Shown here in pieces: positions 56,209-64,000 of a stretch of DNA of 64,000 nucleotides. This DNA is from Patescibacteria group bacterium (GTDB taxonomy: Bacteria; Patescibacteriota; Microgenomatia; UBA1400; PJMF01): assembly GCA_049322655.1 (NCBI GenBank), contig JBMORP010000006.1, forward strand, positions 192,410-256,409, in the 5' to 3' direction. Within the stretch, counting starts at the first letter, position 1, and each line of letters starts with the position of its first letter. Below the pieces are notes generated by a model. The model had not been told where the DNA came from, ran no database searches, and saw nothing but the letters and a program-made list of their open reading frames with translations. The translations under genes and the position numbers were made by a program.

Positions 56209-57705
56209 ATGATTCGTCGTTACTTCAGAAGACACCCAGTGAGAACACAAAGAGCTTTAGAGATTCTGCCTGGTTTTGTTTCTTGGTCTTTAATTTTATT
56301 TCCAGTTTGGGGCTCTTTCTTAGTCCCGAACTTAGTAGCTTATTATGTGATCACTTTTGCTGTTTATTGGCTTTACCGATCATTAACTATGGCTACTTTG
56401 TCTATTTTGGCTCATTTTAAGATCAAGGCTTCATCTACTTTCAACTGGATCACTGATCTTAAAAAATCATTTCCCAAACAGTGGGACTCTATTCACCACA
56501 TTATCGTTATCCCCACTTATAAAGAACCAATCGAAACTCTAGATAAAACCCTAAACTCACTCTCACAACAATCTTACCCAACTAAAAACCTTCATATCAT
56601 GCTGTCATTTGAGGAAAGAGAAGGCAAAGAAGCCAAAGAAAAAGCTGACGTTTTACTCAAAAAATTTGCCAAAAAATTCGGCCACTTGTGGACTACTTTT
56701 CATCCAGATATTGAGGGTGAAATTAAAGGGAAATCATCTAATACTTGCTGGGGAGCTAAAGAAGCCAAAAAGTTCTTGATTGATGGGGTTGGCATTCCAA
56801 TTGAACAAGTCACCATCACTAGTGAAGATGCTGATGCAAGATTCCATCATCACTACTTTTCTAACTTAACTTATGAATTCTTGACAGTCGAAAAGCCATT
56901 TAACACCATTTGGCAAGGCGGTATTGCTTTTTACAACAATATTTGGGAAGTACCTTCTCCAGTTAGAGTCATGGCTTCTATTTTTTCAATTACTCAAATG
57001 TATATTTTAATGAGAAAAGATCGCTTAATTAATTTTTCAACTTACTCAACTTCACTCAAACATGTTCATGACATTGGATACTGGGATACTGATGTGATTC
57101 CAGAAGACTACCGCCTATTCTTTAAATCATACTTTGCCAAAAAAGGTGATTTTCAAGTTAACCCCATTTTTCTACCAATTTATGCTGATGCTGCTCAATC
57201 AAATGGCTTTTGGAACACAATGGTCAACCAATATGAACAACTTAAACGTTGGGCCTGGGGCGTCTCAGATGATGCCTACATCATTAGGCAATTTGTTCTC
57301 AGTGACGCTCCTTTTTGGGGTAAATTTATTAGAGTCTTAAAAGTAGTTGAAGATCATTTTCTCTGGCCAGTTAATTGGTTTGCCATTACAGTATCTGCTA
57401 TATTACCTCCACTTTTAAATGAACAATTTAGCCGAACTATTATTGGTAAAACGCTCCCCCAAGTCACTTCAACTTTACTAACTTTGTCTTTAATTTCAAT
57501 GGTAGTAATTTTTGTTCTTGATGCGATTAACAGACCACCACATCCAGATAAAAAAAGATCTCTACTCTCATATTTGCTTCAACCACTAGAATTTATTTTA
57601 TTGCCCATAGTTGGTTTTTTCTTCTCTGCTCTGCCAGGCATAGATGCTCATACTAGATTGATGCTCGGCAAATATATTGAGTATCGAGTCACTGAAAAAG
57701 TTTAA
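56209..57705 (+). CDS. Processive family-2 glycosyltransferase (cellulose/chitin-synthase-like), integral membrane
   Basis: IVIPTYKEP, EDAD (DxD-like), QYEQLKRW (QxxRW); TM helices at both ends. Confidence 0.65.
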   Translation: MIRRYFRRHPVRTQRALEILPGFVSWSLILFPVWGSFLVPNLVAYYVITFAVYWLYRSLTMATLSILAHFKIKASSTFNWITDLKKSFPKQWDSIHHIIVIPTYKEPIETLDKTLNSLSQQSYPTKNLHIMLSFEEREGKEAKEKADVLLKKFAKKFGHLWTTFHPDIEGEIKGKSSNTCWGAKEAKKFLIDGVGIPIEQVTITSEDADARFHHHYFSNLTYEFLTVEKPFNTIWQGGIAFYNNIWEVPSPVRVMASIFSITQMYILMRKDRLINFSTYSTSLKHVHDIGYWDTDVIPEDYRLFFKSYFAKKGDFQVNPIFLPIYADAAQSNGFWNTMVNQYEQLKRWAWGVSDDAYIIRQFVLSDAPFWGKFIRVLKVVEDHFLWPVNWFAITVSAILPPLLNEQFSRTIIGKTLPQVTSTLLTLSLISMVVIFVLDAINRPPHPDKKRSLLSYLLQPLEFILLPIVGFFFSALPGIDAHTRLMLGKYIEYRVTEKV

Positions 57706-57727
57706 TCTTAAATCTAGTTATTGAGTA

Positions 57728-59344
57728 ATGATTGTTTTTTCGTGTACACTGGATAGTGTGAAAAAACTTTTCCTAAAACTTGACAAAAAATGCGAAACAA
57801 ATCTTGAAGTATTGATTCTCTGGTTTGTGACATTGATCCTACGAATTCCCAATTTTTTCGAACCTTATTGGTATGGAGATGAAGCCATCTATCTGACCTT
57901 AGGAATTGGTCTTAGACAAGGTTTAAAACTTTATACTGAAATTATTGACCATAAAACACCACTTATTTACTACTTAGCTATGGTGCCAAACCAATTTTAC
58001 TTCAGACTTTTAACCTTCTTTTGGATGATTGCTACAACTACATTATTCTACTTTTTAGCCAAAAAACTCCTTAAAAATACAAAACAAGCATTCTTTAGTT
58101 CATTAATCTTTGTTTTACTCACCACGCTGCCTTGGTTTGAAGGCCATATCCCTAATGGTGAATTGTTTGTCATGGGTTTTGTGATGGCAGGCTTAACATT
58201 CCTATCCAAAACCAAACTTTTTCAAAACTTTTTTGCCAAAAATTCAGAGGAAGCTCTAAAAAAAACCTCCAAAAAAGAACTGGGTTTATTGCTAACAAGC
58301 GGAGCTTTTCTTGGTCTAGGTGTTCTAACTAAGGTACCAGGACTACTAGATTTTGGTGCAGCTGCTCTAATTGGGTGGTTTGCTTTCAGTGACCTTCTTG
58401 CCCAAAAAACTAGAAAACTAAAAGATAATATAGCTGCTTTTTGGCAATTCCTGAATAAGTCTTTAATCTTGCTGCTTGGTTTATTGATTCCTATTATCGC
58501 CTCAATCTTCTACTTCGTAGCAATTGGTTCTGGGCAAGATTATTTAGATTATGGTCTGCTATATAACATTCGCTATAGCAGTTCATGGCAGCCCCAATTT
58601 CCTTCAGCCTTTATCCAAACTTTATTTACTTTGCCTGGTAAAACCCTAATTATGGTTGTCTTTGTGTTAATCTTGAGTTTTGCTAGAAAAAAACTATCAC
58701 CAACCTTTAAGTTTATTGCTGCTTGGTTCATGCTAACGTTATTTGCTGCTCTACTATCAAACAGACCTTATCCACATTATTTACTCCAAGTTGTTCCTGC
58801 CTTCTCTTTATTAGCTGTGACTTTATTAACAGATTTAACAAAAATTAAAAATAAATTTAGAGAAATAATTTTGAGCTTGTTACTGATTGTTATGACTGGT
58901 TACACGATGATTGTGTTGAAAGTTGCCCCTTATGAAACAGGTAAATATTACTCTCAATTTTTCAAATTAATCTCTAACGAAATTTCTATAGAAGAATACG
59001 ATAATTCTTTCAATAGCTTAGTTAAAGATAATTATTCTATTGCCAAAATTATTGCTGAAACCGGTAGTGACAGAATCTTTATTTGGGGAACTAACCCCAT
59101 GCTTTATGCTTTATCACAAACTACCCCAACATCTAGATTTACTGTCTCTTTCCACATCAAAGATTTCAATGACTATGAACGAACTTTAGCTCAAGTGAAA
59201 CAAGAAGAACCAAAAATTATCGTGGTGATGAAAGACGAAAAACAAGAATTCACTGGTTTAGAAAAATACCTAGAAACTAATTATTATGCCAATGACACTC
59301 AGTTTGAAACCATGAGTGTCTATCTCAGACAAAACACAAATTAA
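57728..59344 (+). CDS. GT-C-fold glycosyltransferase (ArnT/PMT_2-like)
   Basis: Polytopic N-terminal half with YWYGDEAIY first-loop motif; C-terminal soluble domain. Confidence 0.5.
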   Translation: MIVFSCTLDSVKKLFLKLDKKCETNLEVLILWFVTLILRIPNFFEPYWYGDEAIYLTLGIGLRQGLKLYTEIIDHKTPLIYYLAMVPNQFYFRLLTFFWMIATTTLFYFLAKKLLKNTKQAFFSSLIFVLLTTLPWFEGHIPNGELFVMGFVMAGLTFLSKTKLFQNFFAKNSEEALKKTSKKELGLLLTSGAFLGLGVLTKVPGLLDFGAAALIGWFAFSDLLAQKTRKLKDNIAAFWQFLNKSLILLLGLLIPIIASIFYFVAIGSGQDYLDYGLLYNIRYSSSWQPQFPSAFIQTLFTLPGKTLIMVVFVLILSFARKKLSPTFKFIAAWFMLTLFAALLSNRPYPHYLLQVVPAFSLLAVTLLTDLTKIKNKFREIILSLLLIVMTGYTMIVLKVAPYETGKYYSQFFKLISNEISIEEYDNSFNSLVKDNYSIAKIIAETGSDRIFIWGTNPMLYALSQTTPTSRFTVSFHIKDFNDYERTLAQVKQEEPKIIVVMKDEKQEFTGLEKYLETNYYANDTQFETMSVYLRQNTN

Positions 59345-59359
59345 CGGTATAATAGACTC

Positions 59360-59698
59360 ATGTCTCGACTGGTGCCAAAGTATGTTTTCCCACAACTCAA
59401 AGTTGCCCTAGTGTTGTGTCTGTTAATTACTTTAACTGCAGCCATTTCATTCCCTTTTTTGCAACCAGTTATCCCAATTTTTTACTCACTAGCACAACCA
59501 GAACGACAGTTGATGCCTAAAGCTTGGCTTTTCTTTTACCCAGTTTTTTCTTGGTTAGTTTTATTAGTTAACTTTTTACTAATTAAATTTTTTATCCAAG
59601 TAGAAGTAAATATGCATAAAACATTTGCTTGGGTGACAACTGGTCTAATAGCAATTGCTGGTATCCTTATCATTAGAACTATTACACTCATTACATGA
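59360..59698 (+). CDS. Small 3-TM membrane protein
   Basis: 112 aa hydrophobic; 4-nt overlap with next gene. Confidence 0.3.
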   Translation: MSRLVPKYVFPQLKVALVLCLLITLTAAISFPFLQPVIPIFYSLAQPERQLMPKAWLFFYPVFSWLVLLVNFLLIKFFIQVEVNMHKTFAWVTTGLIAIAGILIIRTITLIT

Positions 59699-60753
59699 CA
59701 CTAATTATTTTTTTACTAATCACTTTGATTGCTGCAATAGTAGCTCCCTTAGTGATTAATTTATACAAAAAAAACAATTGGTTAGACGATCCAAGTAAAA
59801 CTCCACACGCCAAAAAAACCCATTCCCAGCCAGTCCCAAGAGGCGGGGGTTTGGTTGTTTTCAGTGGAATTCTACTTGGCAGTCTTTTTTTCCTTAACCT
59901 AGACTCATATTTGCTAGCTATTTTGCTGGGAGCGACCATTCTAACTATTGTTGGTTTAATCGATGATATCTGGGATATCCACCCATTTATTAGACTTGGA
60001 ACGGGCTTATTAGCAAGCATGATTATTGTCAATGCAGGTATCAGTATCGGTTATGTTAGCAACCCATTTGGTGAAGGAATTTTGAATGTTCCCCAACTCA
60101 GTTTTTTTTCAATTAGTTGGTTAAATAACATTTTTTCACTACCTGGTTTGATGACTATTTTCTTCATGATGTGGAATATGAATATTCTTAACTGGTCTAA
60201 AGGTGTTGATGGCCAACTACCAGGATTTGTTAGCATCTCTGCAGTTTTTATTGGCATCCTATCCCTAAGATTTATTGATGATCCTACTACTTTTAATACT
60301 CTTTATCTCAGTTTCATCGTTGCCGGAGCTTACTTTGGTTTACTAATTTGGAACTGGTATCCACAAAAAATGATGCCTGGCTATGGAGCTGGCTCTTTGG
60401 CTGGTTATTTTTTGAGTATTTTGGCTATTCTTTCTGGGGCCAAACTAGCAACTACTCTGATGGTAATTGCTTTACCCACTGCTGATGGAATTTTTACTAT
60501 CACCAGAAGAATTTTGGCTGGAAAATCACCATTTTGGGGTGACAGAGGTCATTTCCACCATAAATTAATGGATCTTTTTGGTTGGGGGAAAAGAAGAATT
60601 GCTATTTTTTACTGGTTAGCTAGTTTATTACTTGGAAGCTTATCTTTATTAATGAATACTACTGGAAAAATAATAACTTTTTCTTTAACAGTTGGGTTTG
60701 TGTTCAGTTTCCTAATTTGGGCTAAATGGTATTCACAAAAAAAAGAAAACTAA
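59695..60753 (+). CDS. Polyprenyl-phosphate phospho-sugar transferase, GT4 MraY/WecA family
   Basis: HSQPVPRGGG, MMWNMNILNWSKGVDGQLPG (NxxNxxDGxDG). Confidence 0.75.
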   Translation: MTLIIFLLITLIAAIVAPLVINLYKKNNWLDDPSKTPHAKKTHSQPVPRGGGLVVFSGILLGSLFFLNLDSYLLAILLGATILTIVGLIDDIWDIHPFIRLGTGLLASMIIVNAGISIGYVSNPFGEGILNVPQLSFFSISWLNNIFSLPGLMTIFFMMWNMNILNWSKGVDGQLPGFVSISAVFIGILSLRFIDDPTTFNTLYLSFIVAGAYFGLLIWNWYPQKMMPGYGAGSLAGYFLSILAILSGAKLATTLMVIALPTADGIFTITRRILAGKSPFWGDRGHFHHKLMDLFGWGKRRIAIFYWLASLLLGSLSLLMNTTGKIITFSLTVGFVFSFLIWAKWYSQKKEN

Positions 60754-60790
60754 CCCTTGTGAAAAGTAAAAATTTGCTTTACAAATCAAT

Positions 60791-61747
60791 GTGATGAGAC
60801 TCAAAATTCTATATCTACTTTTGAAGTCTGCCCGACCTAGACAATGGCTTAAAAATTTTGCTCTCTATGCTGCTCTTTTTCTATCTGGATTTCTGTTTTA
60901 TGTGCCTCAACAAGGTCCTGCTTATTTTTGGACCGTTACCTATGCTTTCTTCATTTTTTGTATTCTGACTTCCAGCATTTACCTAATTAATGACATCGTT
61001 GATGCGGAAGAAGATAGTCAACATCCTTATAAAAAAAAGCGCCCAATTGCTTCAGGAGAACTACCAATCCCGATTGCGGCTTTTGTGGCGATGTTGGGCA
61101 TAGCGATTGTTTTCTTTCTCTCTTTATCATTACCATTCTTTTTTAGGGTTTTGGTTTTACTATATCTAGCTTTGCAAATACTCTATGCCACTAGACTTAA
61201 ACATGTAGCAATTTTTGACGTTATTTCAATTGCTTCTGGATTTTTGATCAGGGTTTATGCTGGAGCAATTATTGTTGAATTACATATGAATGTTTGGTTT
61301 CTTTTAACTGTGGTATCTGCTTCATTATTCTTGGCTGTCGGCAAAAGACAAAGCGAAAGAACCTTGCTAACTAGCCACCAACTTTCACTCAGCAGAAAAA
61401 CCTTAAAACACTATAGTCAACAATTACTCAATCAATACACAGCAATGTTTGCCAATGCAACTTGGTTAACTTATGCTTTATTTTCTTTTCAACATGAAGC
61501 TGTTTATGTAGATCCAGCTCAACAAAGATTCTCTGATATTTATACTTTTTTACCTAGAACATTTCAGTCACAAAAGCTCTTAATGCTTACTCTTCCTTTT
61601 GTGATTTTTGGAGTAATGCGCTATTTACAACTAGTTTATGAAGAAAACAAAGGAGAATCCCCAGAAAGAGTGTTACTAAATGATCTGCCTTTATTGGCTA
61701 CAGTCTTTTCATTTGGTTTAGTTTCCTTTTTGGTAATTTACTTATAA
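60791..61747 (+). CDS. UbiA-family prenyltransferase, decaprenyl-phosphate phosphoribosyltransferase (DPPR synthase)-like
   Basis: NDIVDAEEDSQHPYKKKRPIASGEL (NDxxDxxxD + KRPIASG); 8-9 TM. Confidence 0.6.
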   Translation: MMRLKILYLLLKSARPRQWLKNFALYAALFLSGFLFYVPQQGPAYFWTVTYAFFIFCILTSSIYLINDIVDAEEDSQHPYKKKRPIASGELPIPIAAFVAMLGIAIVFFLSLSLPFFFRVLVLLYLALQILYATRLKHVAIFDVISIASGFLIRVYAGAIIVELHMNVWFLLTVVSASLFLAVGKRQSERTLLTSHQLSLSRKTLKHYSQQLLNQYTAMFANATWLTYALFSFQHEAVYVDPAQQRFSDIYTFLPRTFQSQKLLMLTLPFVIFGVMRYLQLVYEENKGESPERVLLNDLPLLATVFSFGLVSFLVIYL

Positions 61748-61808
61748 AAAAATTTATCTGGACAATAGGTAACTATTTGCCTACAATTTCTCTATTAGAA
61801 AGAATGTT

Positions 61809-62690
61809 ATGAAAATAAAAAAAGCCCTTATTGCTGCTGCTGGTTTTGGCACAAGATTTTTACCTTTTACCAAAACAATTCAAAAAGAAATGATTCCCGT
61901 TCTAAATAAACCAGTTGTCGATTACTTGGTTGATGATTTAGTCAAAGCAGGAATTACCGAAATTGTATTTGTAATTAATGAACATAATAAACAAATTTTG
62001 CACTACTTCAGAGAAAATAATCGTTTGAAAGCTTATTTAGAAAAAATGAATAAACTTCATCTTTACGATGAAGTCAAAACACTTCATGAAAAAGCAATTT
62101 TTCACTTCGTTAAGCAAGCAGATAGTGACCCATATGGGTCTGCAACACCAGTAAAAATAGCTCAAGATCACTTCAAAGATGAAGACTCGTTTGTGGTCTT
62201 AATGGGCGATGATATCCCTTATAATGCCGATGGTATCTCTGAAGTCTCACTGATGATTAACCATTTAGAAAAGACTAATGCTAAAGCCCTAGCAACCTTT
62301 GTTGAACAACCAGAGACTGAACTCTACCGCTATGGGATTGCTGAAACTTTTGAGAAAAATGGTTATCAATATTTAAAAAACTTAATTGAAAAACCTGCTC
62401 CTGGAACAGCTCCGACTAATTTAGCAAATATTAGTAAGTATATTCTAACTCCAAGAGTATTCGAATTAATCGAAAAACAAGAAATAGACAAAAAATCCGG
62501 TGAATTATATATTACCGATACCGTTAGCATGCTAGCCCAAGAAGAAGCAGTCGCTATTTATACTCCCAAAGGAACCTATCTAGATTGTGGTTATCCTTTG
62601 GGCTGGCTAAAAGCTAACTTGACCATGGCCAAAAATAACCCTGAACTTAGACAAGAATTGAGAAAATTTATCAAAGAAATTGATTTTTAA
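61809..62690 (+). CDS. galU: UTP-glucose-1-phosphate uridylyltransferase
   Basis: AAGFGTRFLPFTKTIQKEMIPV N-terminal signature. Confidence 0.85.
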   Translation: MKIKKALIAAAGFGTRFLPFTKTIQKEMIPVLNKPVVDYLVDDLVKAGITEIVFVINEHNKQILHYFRENNRLKAYLEKMNKLHLYDEVKTLHEKAIFHFVKQADSDPYGSATPVKIAQDHFKDEDSFVVLMGDDIPYNADGISEVSLMINHLEKTNAKALATFVEQPETELYRYGIAETFEKNGYQYLKNLIEKPAPGTAPTNLANISKYILTPRVFELIEKQEIDKKSGELYITDTVSMLAQEEAVAIYTPKGTYLDCGYPLGWLKANLTMAKNNPELRQELRKFIKEIDF

Positions 62691-62722
62691 AAAAAAGGCT
62701 TCTTTAGATAGAAGCCTTTTTT
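62691..62722. terminator. Bidirectional terminator between galU and gdh
   Basis: A-run-GGCTTC-loop-GAAGCC-T-run. Confidence 0.6.
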
Positions 62723-62758
62723 AATTACTACACTATTTTTAGTTTATTTTGCTAAAAA

Positions 62759-63994
62759 TTAAAAACCACCTCTTAAAATCATTGCATCAATTACTCTCTT
62801 GACTGCCGTCATGTAAGTAGCCATTCTGCCATCAACTTGATGAGTTTCTTTCATTTGCCACATTTGAGCAAAAGCTGTTTCCATTAGTGGTTGTAACTTG
62901 CTAATCACTTCCTGATGAGACCAATAGTAACCTTGAAGATTCTGGACCCATTCAAAATAAGAAACTGTCACTCCACCAGAATTGGCTAAAACATCAGGCA
63001 CTAAAACAACCTCTTTGTCTTTTAAGATCTCATCCGCCTCTGGAGTGACTGGACCATTAGCCATCTCAATAATAGCTTTGGCTTTTACCTTATCAGCATT
63101 ATCCTTATGAAGCACGTTCTCAAGAGCAGCTGGCACCAAAATATCAACTTCAAGCTCTAAAATCTGTTCATTAGACAAGATTTGTCCTTGTTCACCACCA
63201 CATAACTGCACTGAACCTTTATCTCTTTTACAAGCCATCACTTTTTCTGGATTCAAACCGGCCTTGAGATATAAACCGCCTTTCGAATCAGAAACAGCCA
63301 CTACCGTGTAGCCTCGATCATAAGCATGCTTGACAAACCAATAACCAACATTACCAAACCCTTGAACTGCAACTTTTATATCCTTTTTATTTTTATAACC
63401 CATTTTTTCAACTAATTTATCCATTACCATTACTCCACCAAGACCAGTCGCTTCATCTCTGCCTTCTGATCCTCCCAAAGCTAAAGGCTTACCAGTGAAA
63501 GTTCCCAATGGGTTTTCTTGAACCAAACCCTTCTCAGTCAAACTTTGTTGGTATTCATCAACCATCCAAGCCATAATTTGACCAGTAGTGTTTACATCTG
63601 GGGCTGGCACATCAACCCAAGGACCAATTTTGTCACTTAAAAATCGAGCATAAGCTCTACTTAATTTTTCTAACTCTCTAATAGAAAGTTTCTTGGGATC
63701 AACAATGATCCCACCTTTACCACCACCATAAGGAATTCCCGTCACTGCACATTTCCAAGTCATCCAAGTAGATAAAGCCTTGACTTCTGCTTCAGAAACA
63801 TCTTGATGGTAACGAATACCACCTTTATAGGGACCACGGGCATTATTATGCTGAGCTCTGAAAGCAGTAAAGTTTTTTTTAGCACCATCATCCATAGTTA
63901 TTTCTAACTCGGTTTGATAAAGATTAGTTGGTTCTTTTAGCTTACTGACAACTTTAGAAAAAACCTCTTGATTATCTTGATAATCTTTTGCCAA
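62759..63994 (-). CDS. gdhA: Glutamate dehydrogenase (Glu/Leu/Phe/Val dehydrogenase family); start at TTG or upstream of window edge
   Basis: GGGKGG motif IPYGGGKGG; Rossmann GFGNVG; apparent TTG start 6 nt from window end. Confidence 0.8.
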   Translation of the reverse strand: MAKDYQDNQEVFSKVVSKLKEPTNLYQTELEITMDDGAKKNFTAFRAQHNNARGPYKGGIRYHQDVSEAEVKALSTWMTWKCAVTGIPYGGGKGGIIVDPKKLSIRELEKLSRAYARFLSDKIGPWVDVPAPDVNTTGQIMAWMVDEYQQSLTEKGLVQENPLGTFTGKPLALGGSEGRDEATGLGGVMVMDKLVEKMGYKNKKDIKVAVQGFGNVGYWFVKHAYDRGYTVVAVSDSKGGLYLKAGLNPEKVMACKRDKGSVQLCGGEQGQILSNEQILELEVDILVPAALENVLHKDNADKVKAKAIIEMANGPVTPEADEILKDKEVVLVPDVLANSGGVTVSYFEWVQNLQGYYWSHQEVISKLQPLMETAFAQMWQMKETHQVDGRMATYMTAVKRVIDAMILRGGF

Positions 63995-64000
63995 TAATGC

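Noticed and set aside
1-64000. CRISPR array
   Set aside because: No regularly spaced direct repeats were seen. The only strong repeats are isolated inverted repeats (terminators and palindromes).
1-64000. Alternative genetic code (UGA recoding)
   Set aside because: Housekeeping ORFs are full-length and motif-complete under the standard code.

Overview
This 64 kb window looks like a low-GC (about one third G+C by eye) bacterial chromosome segment. Gene content and architecture suggest a reduced-genome, Gram-positive-like or Patescibacteria/CPR-like organism. The standard genetic code is used; ORFs are long and intact. Most of the window is housekeeping. Present are recJ, a CCA-adding enzyme, secDF, rseP, frr, pyrEF, pgk, glpX and an aldolase, rdgB, ybaB, dnaX, ybeY, gltX, aspS, metG, tatD, rmuC, galU and gdh. 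Two tRNA genes (tRNA-Gln CUG, tRNA-Glu CUC) lack an encoded CCA. I found no rRNA, no CRISPR array, and no transposase or integrase ORF. The regions worth a second look are listed here.

1. 1.0-4.4 kb: a signalling and nuclease island around tRNA-Gln. It has a sensor-less histidine kinase and an OmpR-type regulator whose 3' ends overlap convergently on a shared coding hairpin. Next to them are two tandem single-domain receiver paralogs, one lacking the phosphoacceptor Asp, and a divergent Cas4/RecB-like Fe-S nuclease.

2. 22.7-23.8 kb: a tRNA-Glu-linked islet. It has a terminator, a tRNA 3'-end-like fragment, a GC-rich structured segment, a high-GC small membrane-protein gene and a 12-bp perfect palindrome.

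3. 38.4-39.2 kb: a ribbon-helix-helix domain fused to a catalytically degenerate sugar-phosphate nucleotidyltransferase. It sits inside the pgk-glpX-aldolase operon and is a candidate metabolite-sensing regulator.

4. 50.4-51.1 kb: an unusually long structured intergenic region. It has terminator-like hairpins in the aspS leader, a strong-RBS 42-aa basic micro-ORF, a 13-bp perfect hairpin and a small acidic CxxC ORF.

5. 18.7-22.6 kb and 28.8-32.9 kb: cell-envelope modules. These are a CAP-domain operon, a TasA/camelysin-like secreted protein pair, and a 1381-aa repeat-rich surface protein.

6. 56.2-62.7 kb: a polysaccharide and cell-wall glycosylation locus. It has a processive GT2, a GT-C-like protein, a WecA/MraY-family transferase, a UbiA/DPPR-synthase-like prenyltransferase and GalU.

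All protein calls rest on motifs I recognised by eye. No database search was possible.
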